64,000 nucleotides of DNA from Lingula anatina (GCA_051362555.1 CM120642.1:23002001-23066000), one strand, 5' to 3'; shown: positions 12,893 to 26,579, numbered from the stretch's first letter. Notes: generated by a model not told the origin, from the sequence alone. Numbers and translations are program-made.

Positions 12893-14035
12893 ACATAAAA
12901 GGATAGACATAAAAGGACTTATCAAAAACCACTTGTGGAAAGAAAAAGTGAAGCTGCCATGTGGTGGATCAAAAGATGATTTACAAGAAGTATTGTTAAG
13001 GTAAGAATATTTCACAAATATTTTAGCTTAAATCAAATGGTTAATTACATTATCATCTTAACCAACCACAGATAAATCTCATTTTGTGCTTACTGATGGA
13101 ATGTTGTATGTAATAACATTTCAGTTACTTTTATGTAGATAGCCCTACATAGGCTTAGTCATTATCTAGAATTTGGCATACCTGTACTGATAAATAAAGA
13201 TTATTGCATGCCCATAATCTGATTTATCAAGCTAAGATTTTACCCGAGTCTTTTCTTACAGCTGCCTCTGTAAATAACATTATGTCATCCATTTGACCTT
13301 CTGGCACTATTAGCAAATCGTGCTGCGGGTTTGAATCATGTGGGGAGAATGACAGAGACGACGCATCTTGCACACTTCCCGAAGACACTCTTTGACTTAC
13401 AGCTGAGCCGTATGGACGGACAAAGCCAAGCGCTAAAATAGAAGTCAACCCTGTAAAACATCACTTCTGATCAAGGGTAAGTTACTGCCTTCGTTTATTC
13501 ATTTTACGCTCTTTCACGAGCTATACGTCGTCATACGGCTCTTATTAGCTACAGCACGAATAGCATGAGTTACATGAGTTTCGCTGGTTCATATGTATGA
13601 ATCCCCCTTTACACACCCTTGGTAATAGATACAACTAAATACATTTTTATTTCTTTAATGACAAACTTAGGAAACAAAGAAGATGGCCCCATTAGTTATA
13701 ACCTCTGATAAAATGGTTAGTTTCTATATATTCTACAAATCAAAGTGGTTCAAACTGGCAGACTCCTAAATAATTAGCTGCCATAGACTAATTGACACAA
13801 TAAGAGTCTTATAGTTAGGTTTTACTCGTACAGACAGTTACGAATGAATACTGCTTTTCATGGAGTACTATATGCAATTCCCTCTCTCCTTCTACCACCA
13901 AGAGTCAAGAGAAAACCTTCAAAATTATTATGGCTGCATCCTGCACCGGACAACATGGCGCCTCAGGATCTGCTCAACAACTCACTTTTATCTCTATACT
14001 GCAAGGTTCTTCCCCCCCCCCCCCCTCTTTATACC

Positions 14036-14610
14036 ATGATCTTTATTTGGGGTTGCATGCCTTTTAGTTTCATCAATACGGAAATTATGATAGCTGGTCA
14101 GTCTTGTTAGAAGATTAGAACATGAAGCCCCCCCTCCAAACCTCCATCCAGCAGGGTTCAATGTCCACTTCTTTGGCAAAAGTGGGGCTCGATTGGACCA
14201 CTTCCTGTCCAGTAATGACTTCCTGGATTAAGTCCAACACATGAACCTCATTCTCTTTCAAATGGGTGGAAACGATGGAAGAGGCTCCCCCTTTGATGTG
14301 CAACAAATTATAAGCAACCTATGCATTCAGGACATTAATCCCAATTTTGAAATTTTCTGGGGACTCCTATTTCGATCTTCACCCAGCTGTGGGTATCTCC
14401 CAACGAAGGCAGACCAGGACAGGCATAATGAGTGTGTCAGGTGACTGAATAAGACAGGAAACTTTCAAAGGCCAAGCTAAGGTCCACTTCCTTCGGCATG
14501 TGGATGCCACTAAACAATGGGAGAACAACTTATGTCAAGACGGGGTCCACATGAATGAGTTAGACACTTGTATGTTATGGCGATCTTTCCGAGGTGCCAT
14601 ACTCACCACA
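14036..14610 (+). pseudogene. SGNH/GDSL hydrolase domain of a Ngaro/DIRS-type element (degenerate)
   Basis: Ordered blocks IFIWG..SFI, FFGKSGAR, LILFQMGGND, LCQDGVHMN across frameshifts and stops. Confidence 0.7.
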
Positions 14611-14839
14611 AAAAGTAAGTGGCTAAAGCAATGCACACAAGTAGGCTGTAGCACATGGCCTAATCACATGGATGCAACCATACTTAGCAACTTATGCAAA
14701 TGAGTAGCTTAAGTTTATGATGTACAATCAACAACTGATGCAATCTCAAGCAAAGAGGACAAACCTGATGCTTACCTTCCTCAAGCTGGAAAAAAAGAGG
14801 AAGGTCAAATTACTATGACTTTCTCCCCCGCCCACAAAT

Positions 14840-16015
14840 CAAATGACTTATCACGCCTACAATGGTGCCAGGCATGGCAAATTTTTACTGCCATTTATCT
14901 CCAAAAATTTCCCTCACAGGCCATCCCCCTTTCTATTTATGCTCACAGAGTTATAACCCTCTTACCCACACGATGAGAAATTCCGTCTCAAAAGGGCCAG
15001 TGAGATGATAAAATGGGAAGAGGAGGATCCAGTAACTTATGGACACTCTTTAGGTTTTAATTTAAATAAAGAATTTTTGTCTCCAATCCCAAGAAACATG
15101 CAAAAATTTCAACAAAGGCAAATGTTAATACTGTAAGTGCAGATCTGTGCACAAATGCCTGCTCTGTGGCAGAGACTACCCCTTCATAATACCATATCAG
15201 GGTGAGCTAACTCACTCTTCCCCTCCAAAATCTCGGGAACCTGAGTTCTATGAAAAATTAAAAGAAAAAATAGACACAGAAATTAAAGCAGGACGTATAG
15301 CGGGCCCATTCTCTACATCCCCACTCCCCTTTTTCGTCACGTCCCCAGTTTATGTTGTCCCCAAAAGGACCCCAGGAAAGTTCCGCTTCATACATAATCT
15401 TTCTTCCCCAAAACACTACTCCATCAATGATGGCACTGAGGACAAATTTGCAGCAGTTTCCTACGCCAATGTCTCTGATGCCATCCAAATCTATAGGAAA
15501 AGATGCCTACCTGGCTAAAACAGATATCCAGAACACATTAAGGGTTCTCCCAATTCACAAAAACTACTACTTTTCTATTGAATTTTTCCCTAAAATCACA
15601 GTACTATTTTGCATTCCAGTTGTCAAAAATTTGAAACCTTTAGTTCAGCCATAGAATGGAAAGCTAAAAACAAGTTTCCGATACCTGATCCTACACTTGC
15701 TTGACGATTTCCTCATCCTGGCCCTAACCAAACAAGAATGTCAAAAACGACTCACAGACCTTTGTCAGCTTATAGGGGTACCATTAGCCCCAGAAAAAAC
15801 TACTTCCCCAGCTACTGTAATATCCTTCACAGGTATAGAACTGGATACCTCATTCCAAGAGGCCCGACTGCCCCCAGAAAAAATTAAAAATTGCTGAGAA
15901 CTAGTCCATGCCCACGTATCCAAAAAGAAAATAACACTGTATGATCTCCAATCAATCAACGGCCTTTTAAAATTCCTACTGCTTTATTATCCCGGTTGGG
16001 AGGGCCTTTTTAAGG
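14840..16015 (+). pseudogene. DIRS-like element B: degenerate gag + RT
   Basis: WCQAWQIFTAIY...HDEKFRLK (gag); GRIAGPF, VPKRTPGKFRFIHNLS, LAKTDIQ, LLDDFLI, FTGIELDT, GRAFLR with multiple frameshifts. Confidence 0.88.
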
Positions 16016-16975
16016 ATGAAGTACAAAGTCAACTGACCAGTTACTTTCAGAAAGGTTAAAAACATTAAGAAGAACATATTTGATCAACTTTTTGATCAAT
16101 GTATAGTAGTAAGCCCTTTTTCTTGTAAGTATGAAAGTAGTTGATTTTTTTTTTGAAAGAGTATGTTTAATTTTTGAAAGTTTTAATTAGCATTATAGGA
16201 ACTGCTGCTGCTGAACCTTTAACTTCAAGATTGACACAGGATGTTATTTCTAATGCTTCTTGCTTTATTCTCATATGTGTTTTGGTTTTTCAGGTGAGGG
16301 CAGCTCTGAGAAACAGGCTGGAGAGGGATCACCTCTCTGCCTGAATTTCAGGTTTTGGCACAATCCCTAAAGAAACAGATTTTGGACAGTTGGCGCACTC
16401 CTTTTATTTGAGGAACCCCAACAGAAAGGTATGCCAAAGAAGTATGCCAAAGATGATTGAGATCTGTAGACTGTAAAGGACTAAAATGAGTAAATGCAAA
16501 GACTGGAAAATAAATTTTGTCCAAACCTTTGTTATGTCATTACTGAATTTACTCCTCAAAACATCTAAAACAAGACAATTTAGTGTCACATAAAATGTAA
16601 AAAAAAATTAGTTCTAAATACCCTAAAATGCACCAAACTGCACCTCGATTTAAAAAATTTTCCAGGGGATCCCAATTAGCATTACAGACATCAAACCTGT
16701 ACACTCACTACTGTAAGGCAAATTACATTGTTTATTTACTAATATGCAACATAGTAACTGCGTCAAAACCTAACATTTTTTTTTTGCTAAAGAAAATTAT
16801 AAAATGCTAACAGATTTTCAAAGTCTTTAGCAGGTTTTGCTAAAAGAAATTAGGACTAGGGGGAGCCCAGCCTTCAGCTGATGTATATGGATTGTGGTTG
16901 CTATCCTTATCATGTACCAACTGCAGTGGAAACACTCTTCAAGGAATGGGTGAGCAATACTATAAGAATAGTTTC

Positions 16976-17305
16976 AGCATACCAAGGTGCTAATGACACT
17001 AAGTGGAAAGAAGTGACACTACCTGAGCTTAAAGCATGGCTTGGAATCAGGGTGGCCATGAATATTTTACACCTGCCACATTACGACCAGTACTGGTCAA
17101 ACAATAACCTTATAGGTTAATTTTTATTCCTACAGTAATGACAAGAGACAGATTTGACAAAATACAACTTTCCATGCAAACAGGACTTGGGGAGATGACA
17201 TCCCAGTCAGAGGGAAACCTGAACATGATAAGCTGTTTTATGTCAGACCCATTTTGGAAATTATAAATCAAAAATGCATTCAAAATTACAAACCACACCA
17301 AAATG
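16976..17305 (+). pseudogene. piggyBac transposase fragment related to the 8.6-kb copy
   Basis: AYQGANDTKWKEVTLPELKAWLGIRVAM...YDQYWS...TVMTRDRFDKIQ...NYKPHQN aligns with 8958-9290. Confidence 0.9.
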
Positions 17306-17327
17306 CCATGCTTTATTTAATATTCAG

Positions 17328-18210
17328 GCACAGTTGCATATGAAAAGTTGCAAGACCTGGTGTTGTCCAACAGATTATTGAAGGATGTGAGAAAATTGAG
17401 TCCACGCGAGCACACATCTTCTTTAGAGGTGTATCATGCTGTGGTGAACCACTTCGCTCCTAAAATGATTGGCTTTTCATACCATGGCATGCAGAGCAGG
17501 TAAAAACTTTCAGTTGTAAACCAATTCTTGCGTGAAATGCATGTAATTATGGCATTCGTTTTTAGATAAATCATTAAGAATGTTGAGAACACTGAACATT
17601 GTAATTGTATACAATGAAAATTTTCACCTTCATCTTCCAACATTATGTGTAAAATTTTAGGTATCTTGGCATAATATTGACAATCTTTAAATGTTTTTTA
17701 TTTTCCCGGAAGGTTGATTTTAGCTGCTTTGCATTACAATGAAAATGGCAACAGAGAGGTAGCATACACCAAAGATGGGGACAAAAGAACGAGTGTCATC
17801 TTCCCAAAGTACAAAAAAGGGGAAATCAGTGTGCAAGATATATATATGTTGGTTGCACGTTTGGTATGTACTGGTATTAAAATGCAGCTAGTAGAAACTT
17901 CACTGCAAGTACATATATACATGCAGATCACTAATAGGGCTCAATCATATTGCTTTAACAAGTCATCCATAAACTTGGATATGCTCTTAAGAATTTAGTC
18001 CATTACAATATTTTAGTTCTTATTTTAATAACTTTAAAATACATCTGTTTAGGTTATGTACACCGACTACTGGAATGTCTGGTCAAGTCCATCGAAGAAA
18101 AATCCATTGACAAGTCTCTGGTGGGAAAAGCGCCACCTCCTTTGGCATCTCAGTACAAGAGACCAAGGCTTTCTGAGATTCAGACTTTATCTCGGTTTAA
18201 TAAGTGAGGA
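17328..18210 (+). pseudogene. Kolobok-like transposase 3' exons (17328-17499, ~17713-17840, ~18053-18210)
   Basis: HTSSLEVYHAVVNHFAPKMIGFSYHGMQSR|LILAALHYNENGNRE...FPKYKKGE...APPPLASQYKRP..SRF with GT-AG introns. Superfamily assigned from recalled motifs. Confidence 0.65.
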
Positions 18211-19579
18211 AAGGGCAATTGTCAATTGCAAGCAAAGATGACAAGCTTTGTATGTTAGCAGGACAGTACTAGGTCTGTTGGCATTACTTGGAGAAGTAAA
18301 ATTTCTTTTATGGTGCTGAGTACTAGGTCTGTTGGCATTACTTGGAGAAGTAAAATTTCTTTTATGGTGCTTTTGTTGGGATCAGTGCAGACAGTTGTTC
18401 ACAAGCTTCCAAGTATGACAGGTTAATTTGACAGTTCTCTATACTTCTGTATCAGTGCATTTTAGATTTGTCAATTCTTACATCACATAAATGTGCCATA
18501 CTTTCGACCAAACAGCTGACGCAACTGCAGGGTGGCCTCATTCTCGACTGTTTCTAGCCTTCTTCCAATTCGCAGTTTTTACAGGTGAGAATCTGTGCAT
18601 TGAATGTGCTATAAATAGGTCATTAGTGCACGTATTGAAGTTGCGCTTTCGGCGGGTCGTATTTAAGAAAAACACTATCGGACTACGTAAAAAAACGTAT
18701 GTACTTCCGTCCTTCTTTAAAAAAAAAAAAAAAAAAAACAGGCTGCATATATTGCTGCATTAAAAACTGTTTATTGTTTACACTGTGCCACTATGTGTCT
18801 GTGATATTGTTGTAAAGAATTTTTTTTTTTACCAGATACTTTCTACATTCTTATTGTGTGTTGTACTTGATCAAACAATATTAGAACTACCATTTGATAG
18901 GGCCAAATTTTGTTAAATGTAATATCCAAATGTCATCAGAATGCGCCAAATGGCCTCTAAAAATCCAAATTTTCTTGGGAATGACCCCCTAACCCCCAAC
19001 AGCAAAGAAGGGGGGGGGGCATATCCCCCAATGGATTCAGCATTTGCATCACTTCCCATCTTGAACAAGAACATGGAAGGAAGAATAGAGGCAGGGATCG
19101 ACGAATCTATAGCAGAAGAGTAGAGAATACCCATATTAAGGGAGGGAAATGGCAGTCCTGATAATACTAGGTTGAAATATGTGACTCTACGCTGGGCATT
19201 TGACAAATTCAGAAGGAACTCTTGTATCCAGATTTAGCAGTGTGCGCTGTAGTTCTTGTGTACGACTAAGGATTATTTGCAGAAGAAGATTCTGACATGA
19301 CATTCCTTGGGACAGACAGCGAATACTGTAAAGACGACACACACATAATGCAAGCATTAAAGTGCAACTTGGTAGGTGTTTTTTCCCATATTTTAAGTTC
19401 CAGACATCTAACACGATGTTTATCAAAACAAATGAACTTAAAATGAATGCTCACAAATTCCCCAATCAATGTCAATTGAGCGTGCAGCGCTTTCCTGCGA
19501 AATATTTGTGACATCATGAGAGGAACCCCTCAGACAGGGCCCCGCTTAGATAACTTGTCAGTTCTAAGACACAGTAAAC

Positions 19580-19824
19580 ATGGTGAAACATTGCATTGTC
19601 GGGGGGTGCTCGAACACAAGTGAAAATGAAGGTATTTCAATTTACACATTTCCAAAAGACCTAGCAGTAGCCTAGAAGTGGAAAAAGTTTGTCAATTTAA
19701 CAAGAGTATGGGACTTAGACATGAAAGTAGCTGTAGCAAACAACTCTGCTATCTGTAGCGCGCATTTCGAGGAGGAGTGTTTCAACAAAGGACAACAAAT
19801 GAAGATTCTGCTTGGTTTTGCTCA
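19580..19824 (+). pseudogene. THAP zinc-finger first exon of a DNA transposon gene
   Basis: MVKHCIVGGCSN...FPKD...*KW...ICSAHFEEECF, internal stop, GTAAGT donor at 19825. Confidence 0.88.
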
Positions 19825-19901
19825 GTAAGTTCATAGTTTTGGTCATTTTTATCTTAATCTAACACTCTCGTTTGAGACTTGTAACATTTTAAATTTTCTA
19901 C

Positions 19902-20210
19902 GTGTGAAGGACTGGGAGACACAAGCAAATGTCTCACCATCGAGACCATGAGAAGCGGGCGTGTGTTAATACAAGATGCATGGGATTTTAACAATTGGGC
20001 AGTGACATCTAACATGCATGTTAGTTTCCTTTATGTTAGCAGTGACCAATGTGGTGAAAATTCAAGAGAGCTAGAACAGATAAAACTCAAACCCATAAAG
20101 AGTACCATGAGAATCCATTCCGTGGCGGGTTTGGAAGGGTCAAAGATCAAAGTAAGGGACATTAGCTGTTACTTTAAGGACTGTTTGACAGATAACTCAT
20201 GCGACAACTT
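19902..20210 (+). pseudogene. Sola2-like transposase 3' fragment (duplicate of ~27386-27690)
   Basis: CEGLGDTSK...IQDAWDFNNWA...LKPIKSTMRIHSV...SCYFKDC; near-identical to the copy at 27.4 kb. Confidence 0.65.
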
Positions 20211-21064
20211 GGGGTTGTCAACTGTAAGAGGCCAAAATTGGAACAGCAGCCACAATGTTCTTTGTGTGGTGTCCAAATGCAGGAACACCAGAGGTACAGG
20301 AAGAAGTCTTGGTGATCTGCTGCAAAGTGGTCCCCAGCTAGAACGGGAGCCCAGGCTGCCAGAGAGACTGTTCTTTTGCAGTGTGCAGTCTCCTTGAGCA
20401 GGCAGACTGCAAAGGGGGCTGCAATTTTCACAGGGGACTACAAACGAAACTGAAATAACGGATATTTTCAACATTGGGCCAATGTATGCAATTTGTCTTT
20501 TGATTTTGTATTTTCCAATAATATACTGATGCACCAGGATCAATAAATTATGATATTTTAGGCACAAAGAAAAACTGCAGAACCTAACATGAAGAGGTCC
20601 AGCTCGCTGGACAATTTGATGACAGTACATCTGTTATCCAAACCTATAAGGCAGTTCAATCCTGATGCAGCAATTGATGATTGGTTTTCTGCAGGCGTCC
20701 TACATTCAGAGATGGCTTAACTAAGAAAAGCAGAAAATTGTAGGCCATTGCTACCTCTAGTACCAGTCAGGAACATGAAACTGATGCAGTTGAAGAGAAT
20801 GATGAAGAAAATTTTATTAATCACAATGAATTGGATGATGACGATGATGATGATGCAGATTTTGATAAAGGTTTTGGGGATGATGATGATGAGATGATGG
20901 ATGAGGACAAAATTTACGAAAAGCTAAAGGAACTAACTGGGGTTTATTTTTTTTTTAATGTGAATAAACCTTGATGAATTTTAGAGAATTGGGTTGATTT
21001 CAATTATTTTAAATAGTTTCAAAATAAAGACATGAAATTTAACTTTATTTGCTTTATTTTACTT

Positions 21065-24000
21065 GCGCACTTTAATAATAATTTTAAAACAAGGCAGCAA
21101 AGCTGTTAAATGTACAGACAAAAAGCAGACAATAACAATGCACAAAATAGGCTACTGTCAATTCTGATGCAAAAGCACATTATGCTTCACTGCAAATTCA
21201 ACATCAAATTATAATTATGCTCAACAGGTAATACCAATGTAAGTAAAAAATGTGTAACAAGCATAAGGATTCAGGCCCATGGGAGTTCAAGTTCACACTT
21301 TGAAAATCCAGAATGAGAAAAATGAAAATTTCACACAAAACTGCATCAATTCAATAATAAATGATAACCCAATTAAGCTGGCTTTCTAATTTTGAACTGC
21401 ATGCCAATCATAAAAATCATACTTGTAAGTTGAAAATAATAATAAGTAATAGTTTTCTTTTCATAATGTTTGTAGTAGCAGTGCAAAAAGATTTTTGTCA
21501 ATTATGATGTAACATTACATAATAAATTACAGAATAATTATCACCAATTTTTGATTATTAACTATAAATAGCATGGACATGTAGACAATTTGATTACCAT
21601 CCGGCGTCATGTCCCTGGGAGCTTGGAGTCCCACAATGAATATGCCAACATGATAAAAATGAATATTTCACTATAATGTATAACTTCCAGAAAAAGAAGC
21701 CAATTAGACTATTTTTCCAATTGAGCTGCATTTTAGTCCTGTGTTTCTTTTTTGAAAGTTTGACAATCATAAGTAACATGGTTTTCCCATAATGGTCATA
21801 ATGGCAGCAGCACCGAAAATTGTGTTTTCTTCTATTTTGATGCAATATTACATAATGTTTAACAGCATAATGACCATTAATGTTTAATAATAAAATATTA
21901 GAATCATTGATATTCAGAAAATGTGACTAGCAAAGGTCTTCAGGACCATGGAACTTCAAAGTCATACCTCAATTGAAAATGCCAATAAGTGAAAAATTAA
22001 ATTTTCACAAAAAACTGTTTAACTGCCAGAAAAATTTACCAAATAGACTGCATTGCTCACTGAAGCTTTATTTAAGTCCCATGTTTCTTTCCTGTAAGTC
22101 TGAGAACAGTAAGTGATATGGTTTTCCTTAAATGGTCATCATGGGAGCAGTGCCCAAAATAGGGGTTTCTTCAAATTTTGATGCAAAATTACATAATGTT
22201 TAACAGCATAATGACCATAAAGTTTAATTATAAAATATTAGTATCATGGATATTCAGAAAATGTGACTAGCAAAGGTCTTCAGGACCATGGAACTTCAAA
22301 GTCACACCTTGAAAATGCCAATATGTGAAAAATTTAATTTTCACAAAAAACTGTTTAACTGCCAGAAAAATTTACCAAACAGACTGCATTGCCTAATCAA
22401 ACTGTATCTTAGTCCCATGTTTCTTTCCTGTAAGTTTGAGAACAGTAAGTGACATGGTTTTCCTTAAATGGTCATCATGGGAGCAGTGTCCAAAATAGGG
22501 GTTTCTTCAAATTTTGATGCAATATAACATAATGTTTAACAGCATAATGACCATTAATGTTTAATAATAAAATATTAGACTCATTGATATTCAGAAAATG
22601 TGACTAGCAAAGGTCTTCAGGACCATGGAACTTCAAAGTCACACCTTGAAAATGCCAATATGTGAAAATTTTAATTTTCACAAAAAACTGTTTAACTGCC
22701 AGAAAAATTTACCAAACAGACTGCATTGCCTAATCAAACTGTATCTTAGTCCCATGTTTCTTTCCTGTAAGTTTGAGAACAGTAAGTGACATGGTTTTCC
22801 TTAAATGGTCATCATGGGAGCAGTGTCCAAAATAGGGGTTTCTTCAAATTTTGATGCAATATTACATAATGTTTAACAGCATAATGACCATTAATGTTTA
22901 ATAATAAAATATTAGAATCATGGATATTCAGAAAATGTGACTAGCAAAGGTCTTCAGGACCATGGAACTTCAAAGTCACACCTTGAAAATGCCAATATGT
23001 GAAAAATTTAATTTTCACAAAAAACTGTTTAACTGCCAGAAAGAATTACCAAACAGACTGCATTGCCTAATCAAACTGTATCTTAGTCCCATGTTTCTTT
23101 CCTGTAAGTTTGAGAACAGTAAGTGACATGGTTTTCCTTAAATGGTCATCATGGGAGCAGTGCCCAAAATAGGGGTTTCTTCAAATTTTGATGCAACATT
23201 ACACAATGTTTAACAGCATAATGACCATTAATGTTTAATAATAATTTATTAGTATCATGGATATTCAGAAAATGTGACTAGCAAAGGTCTTCAGGACCAT
23301 GGAACTTCAAAGTCACACCTTGAAAATGCCAATATGTGAAAAATTTAATTTTCACAAAAAACTGTTTAACTGCCAGAAAGAATTACCAAACAGACTGCAT
23401 TGCCTAGTTAAACTGTATCTTAGTCCCATGTTTCTTTCCTGTAAGTTTGAGAACAGTAAGTGACATGGTTTTCCTTAAATGGTCATCATGGGAGCAGTGT
23501 CCAAAATAGGGGTTTCTTCAAATTTTGACGCAATATTACATAATGTTTAACAGGATAATAACCATCAATTTTTAATAATAAAATATTAGTATCATGGATA
23601 TTCAGAAAATGTGACAAGCAAATGTCTTCAGGCCCATGGAACTTCAAAGTCACACCTTGAAAATGCCAAAATGTAAACAAGACAGCACTGTCCTGAAATG
23701 TGTTTTTTTCCATTTTTAACAATTGTTTAACATATAACAAAATTAACAGTTTACTAGTTTACTGCCATTTTTATATGATCAACTAAGCAAATTGATGACA
23801 TGGGAAAAATATCAATAGAACAGTGTTTAATGTCCAATTTCCTCCATTCTGAGTTTCTGAACATAGTGAATGAATTAATCTGACAAACTGCAATGATATG
23901 AGTTTTTTTTCCATCTTTGAAACTCTATTATACAATACATGATAACAAGTTTACCATCATTTTTACATAATCAACTAACAATGTTGTAAAGTTGCAGGAA

Positions 24001-24612
24001 ATGTCAAACAAACACTTTTACATATCTTATTAGTTAAATAATGAGACTGTTAACATGCCTATGAATTGAATCTGAGGAAATGTGAAAAAACAGCATTACT
24101 TATAAAATAATGACCCGATTATGCTGATTTTCGAACTTGACCTGCGTTTTAGTAAGATTGATTACTCCTGTGAGTTTCATGACAACAGGCCTATCGTTTT
24201 TCCTTGAAATGTGTTAACAATGTTGCATATATATGCTAAAAAGTGAAAAAACAGCATAACTACTATAATAGTGGCCCGATCATGCCAATTTTCGAACTTG
24301 ACCTGCGTTTTAGTAAGACTGATTACTCCTGTGAGTTTCATGACAACAGGCCTATCGGTTTTCCTTAAAATGTGTTAACAGGGTTGCACATATGCTGAAA
24401 AGTGAAAAAACAGCATAACTTCTACAATAATGGCCCGATCATGCTGATTTTCGAACTTGACCTGCGTTTTATGAATATTCATCAGCTCTGTAAATATAAA
24501 GCCAAAAAGTAAAACTGCCCTCCACTTATCGTGTTAACAAGGAAAGTGCATCGGCGACGACAGACGCAGGTGATGGCAATATGTACAGACACATCTGTGT
24601 CTGTACATAAAA
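21065..24612 (-). mobile_element. Helentron-associated (HINE/DINE-like) non-autonomous element carrying 160-bp and 337-bp tandem arrays
   Basis: Terminal hairpin TGTACAGACAC-ATCT-GTGTCTGTACA beside an A/T run, (GTC)-type microsatellite, three ~160-bp monomers (24131, 24292, 24451). Homologous to 62200-63308 and inverted at 30388-31582. Confidence 0.7.
21700..23672. repeat. Tandem array, 337-bp unit, ~6 copies
   Basis: Anchor ATTTTGATGCAA recurs at ~21841, 22182, 22518, 22855, 23192 and 23529; inner copies nearly identical. Confidence 0.95.
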
Positions 24613-24770
24613 ATGAAATTGCCAAGTATGCTTAAACCATCCACCCCTTTTCTATTCTTTTATAATTGGACCAGTGCCCCAAGGCCTGGGACCACTACCT
24701 CCAGAGTCAACTGGTCCAAGTGGACCAGTGCTGAAAAATTCCCATTTCCCTCCCTGCATATAGATTTCAG

Positions 24771-25040
24771 GAGAAGCTGCAGCAGGGAAAACTAGTCTGG
24801 GAGCAAGTCTTTGATGTTTTTAAAGATGATTTTCCCAATATATGCAGATTGTTGGATCTTCTTGGCAGTTTGCCTGCTACAAGTGTACCATGTGAAGTAT
24901 CCTTTAGCCACTTAAAGCTGGTTAAAACAGAAAGGAGATATAGATTACTTCCCCAAACCCTTAACGATCTTCTAACCATTAAATTGGAAGGACCAGCTGT
25001 TGATAAATTTGACCCAATGAGAGCAATGAAAATGTGGTGG
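24771..25040 (+). pseudogene. hAT transposase C-terminal dimerisation exon (ZNF862-like)
   Basis: DFPNICRLLDLLGSLPATSVPCEVSFSHLKLVKTERRYRL...LNDLLTIKLEGP...FDP..A..MW, bounded by TTTCAG and GTAAGT. Confidence 0.88.
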
Positions 25041-25159
25041 GTAAGTAAACAAGCAGTTTAAATTATAACTCCTCTTCATGAACCCAGTAAAAAAGTTCAT
25101 TATGTATTTAGGTTTTCACTGACAGCTTCTTTATTATGGCAAATTTCTTTTATGATTAA

Positions 25160-25645
25160 GACTCCTGGCAAGAGAGCAGAGTATAAATTTAAAAGCAGGA
25201 GACGGGCGTCTCTAAACAGCTGCAACAGTTAGCGGGGAAGCTGTCATGGGCGTGCGCTATCATTCGAGGGGGTAGGGCTTACCTCCAGTGGATTTTAGAC
25301 ACACTAAGACCAATTAAGCAAGCAAAGCATAAAGCAAGATTAGATGAACAATTTCAAGGGGATATGGATTAGTGGACACAGTGCATATACAGTTTTTAAT
25401 TGTGAAGAGCTAATCATATCGCACAGAGAAACTGTCCACATGTACACTGATGCCTCAACCATAGGGGCTGGCATGGTCTGCGAAAATTATTGGGCTTATC
25501 TAGATTGGGACAGATGCCCACTTCGCCAGGGATTTTCACATTAACAGGAAGGAAACCAAAGCAGTGAGTGCTGCTATATTCAGATGGGCACCTACTTGGA
25601 TTAACAAATTGTCATCATTAATACCGACAACATGACTACTAGTAT
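25160..25645 (+). pseudogene. DIRS-like RT end / RNase H fragment
   Basis: GKLSWACAIIRGGRAYL...DMD*W...MYTDASTIGAG...HINRKETKAV...RWA..W...TDNMTT. Confidence 0.85.
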
Positions 25646-25819
25646 GGAACACCATTCACACAAAAAATCAGACTTGCAATTTAATAGCCAAATGACATTC
25701 TAACAGCCTACAAACAATCTAAGTGATAAAAAATCTAATAGCCAACTCATAAAATTTAACAGTGATAAAAATCTTACAGCCAACTTCTCTAATGCTAGAG
25801 GTCACTGCTGTCACGGGTC

Positions 25820-26342
25820 TATCCATGGACGGTGCGTAAAGTGATGACATCATAGCACAACACATAGCGGTCACTGCTGTCGGTCTTAGGGTTTATGTCG
25901 TAAATTGTAACCTACTTTTACAGGAACACTTTACGGTAATCCGACCTTGGCACTTTGGCAGCATGTATGACGCTGACATTAAAAACGTGACTGGGAGGCA
26001 GCTGTCAAGGGCCAATGTAACTCTGGCAGCGTGTAGCCAGTAGTGACGACAGGCCTACTCCTACTACAACTACCATTGCTACTGACATATCCACATCCAG
26101 TTCCAGTCGGTCAAGTGACAGTGCAAGTGTAATTGCCAAACACAGAGCTCTTTTTGGAAGTTCTCATCGAGTAGAGCAGAATCAAAGTCAAACTCGAAGA
26201 CGTAGTCAGAGTCAGACTCGAACTCAGGAAGGGGTAAGCCAATTTCTATCAATCTATCATGTCTGCTGACTTAAAAAATTTTGTCTTTGAAGAATAATAG
26301 TGTTGTCAGTTTAGAGCCATTGACCATCGTTACCTGGTACTT
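25820..26342. repeat. Unclassified ~500-bp interspersed repeat, copy 2
   Basis: Direct repeat of 3899-4412 with small indels. Confidence 0.85.
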
Positions 26343-26579
26343 TGAGGCCTACATTCCACAGTGCTAGTAATATTTAATTGTTCATTAAAATGCTTAAATA
26401 TTAACGTTAAATGAGTATAACAAAACCTAACAACAAAGTACTCTTTTAGATAAAAGTTTATTTTTTATTTTTAATTAAGGGCACCTATTCCAGTCAATAG
26501 GGCACCTATTCCAGTCAATATTAAGGTGTTTTTTATATAATACACATTTTTCAATTTTAGCAATCCATCTATTGCTACA

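Noticed and set aside
18250-19520. Possible decayed - strand TE coding fragments (also 7200-7700, 13227-13450)
   Set aside because: Too many stops and no diagnostic motif; left unannotated but noted as a caveat to the strand-bias count.
20760-20945. Acidic Asp/Glu-rich stretch on +
   Set aside because: Low complexity; no identifiable start or domain.
21700-23672. Regular array resembling CRISPR
   Set aside because: Whole 337-bp units repeat with no unique spacers; no cas genes; eukaryotic context.
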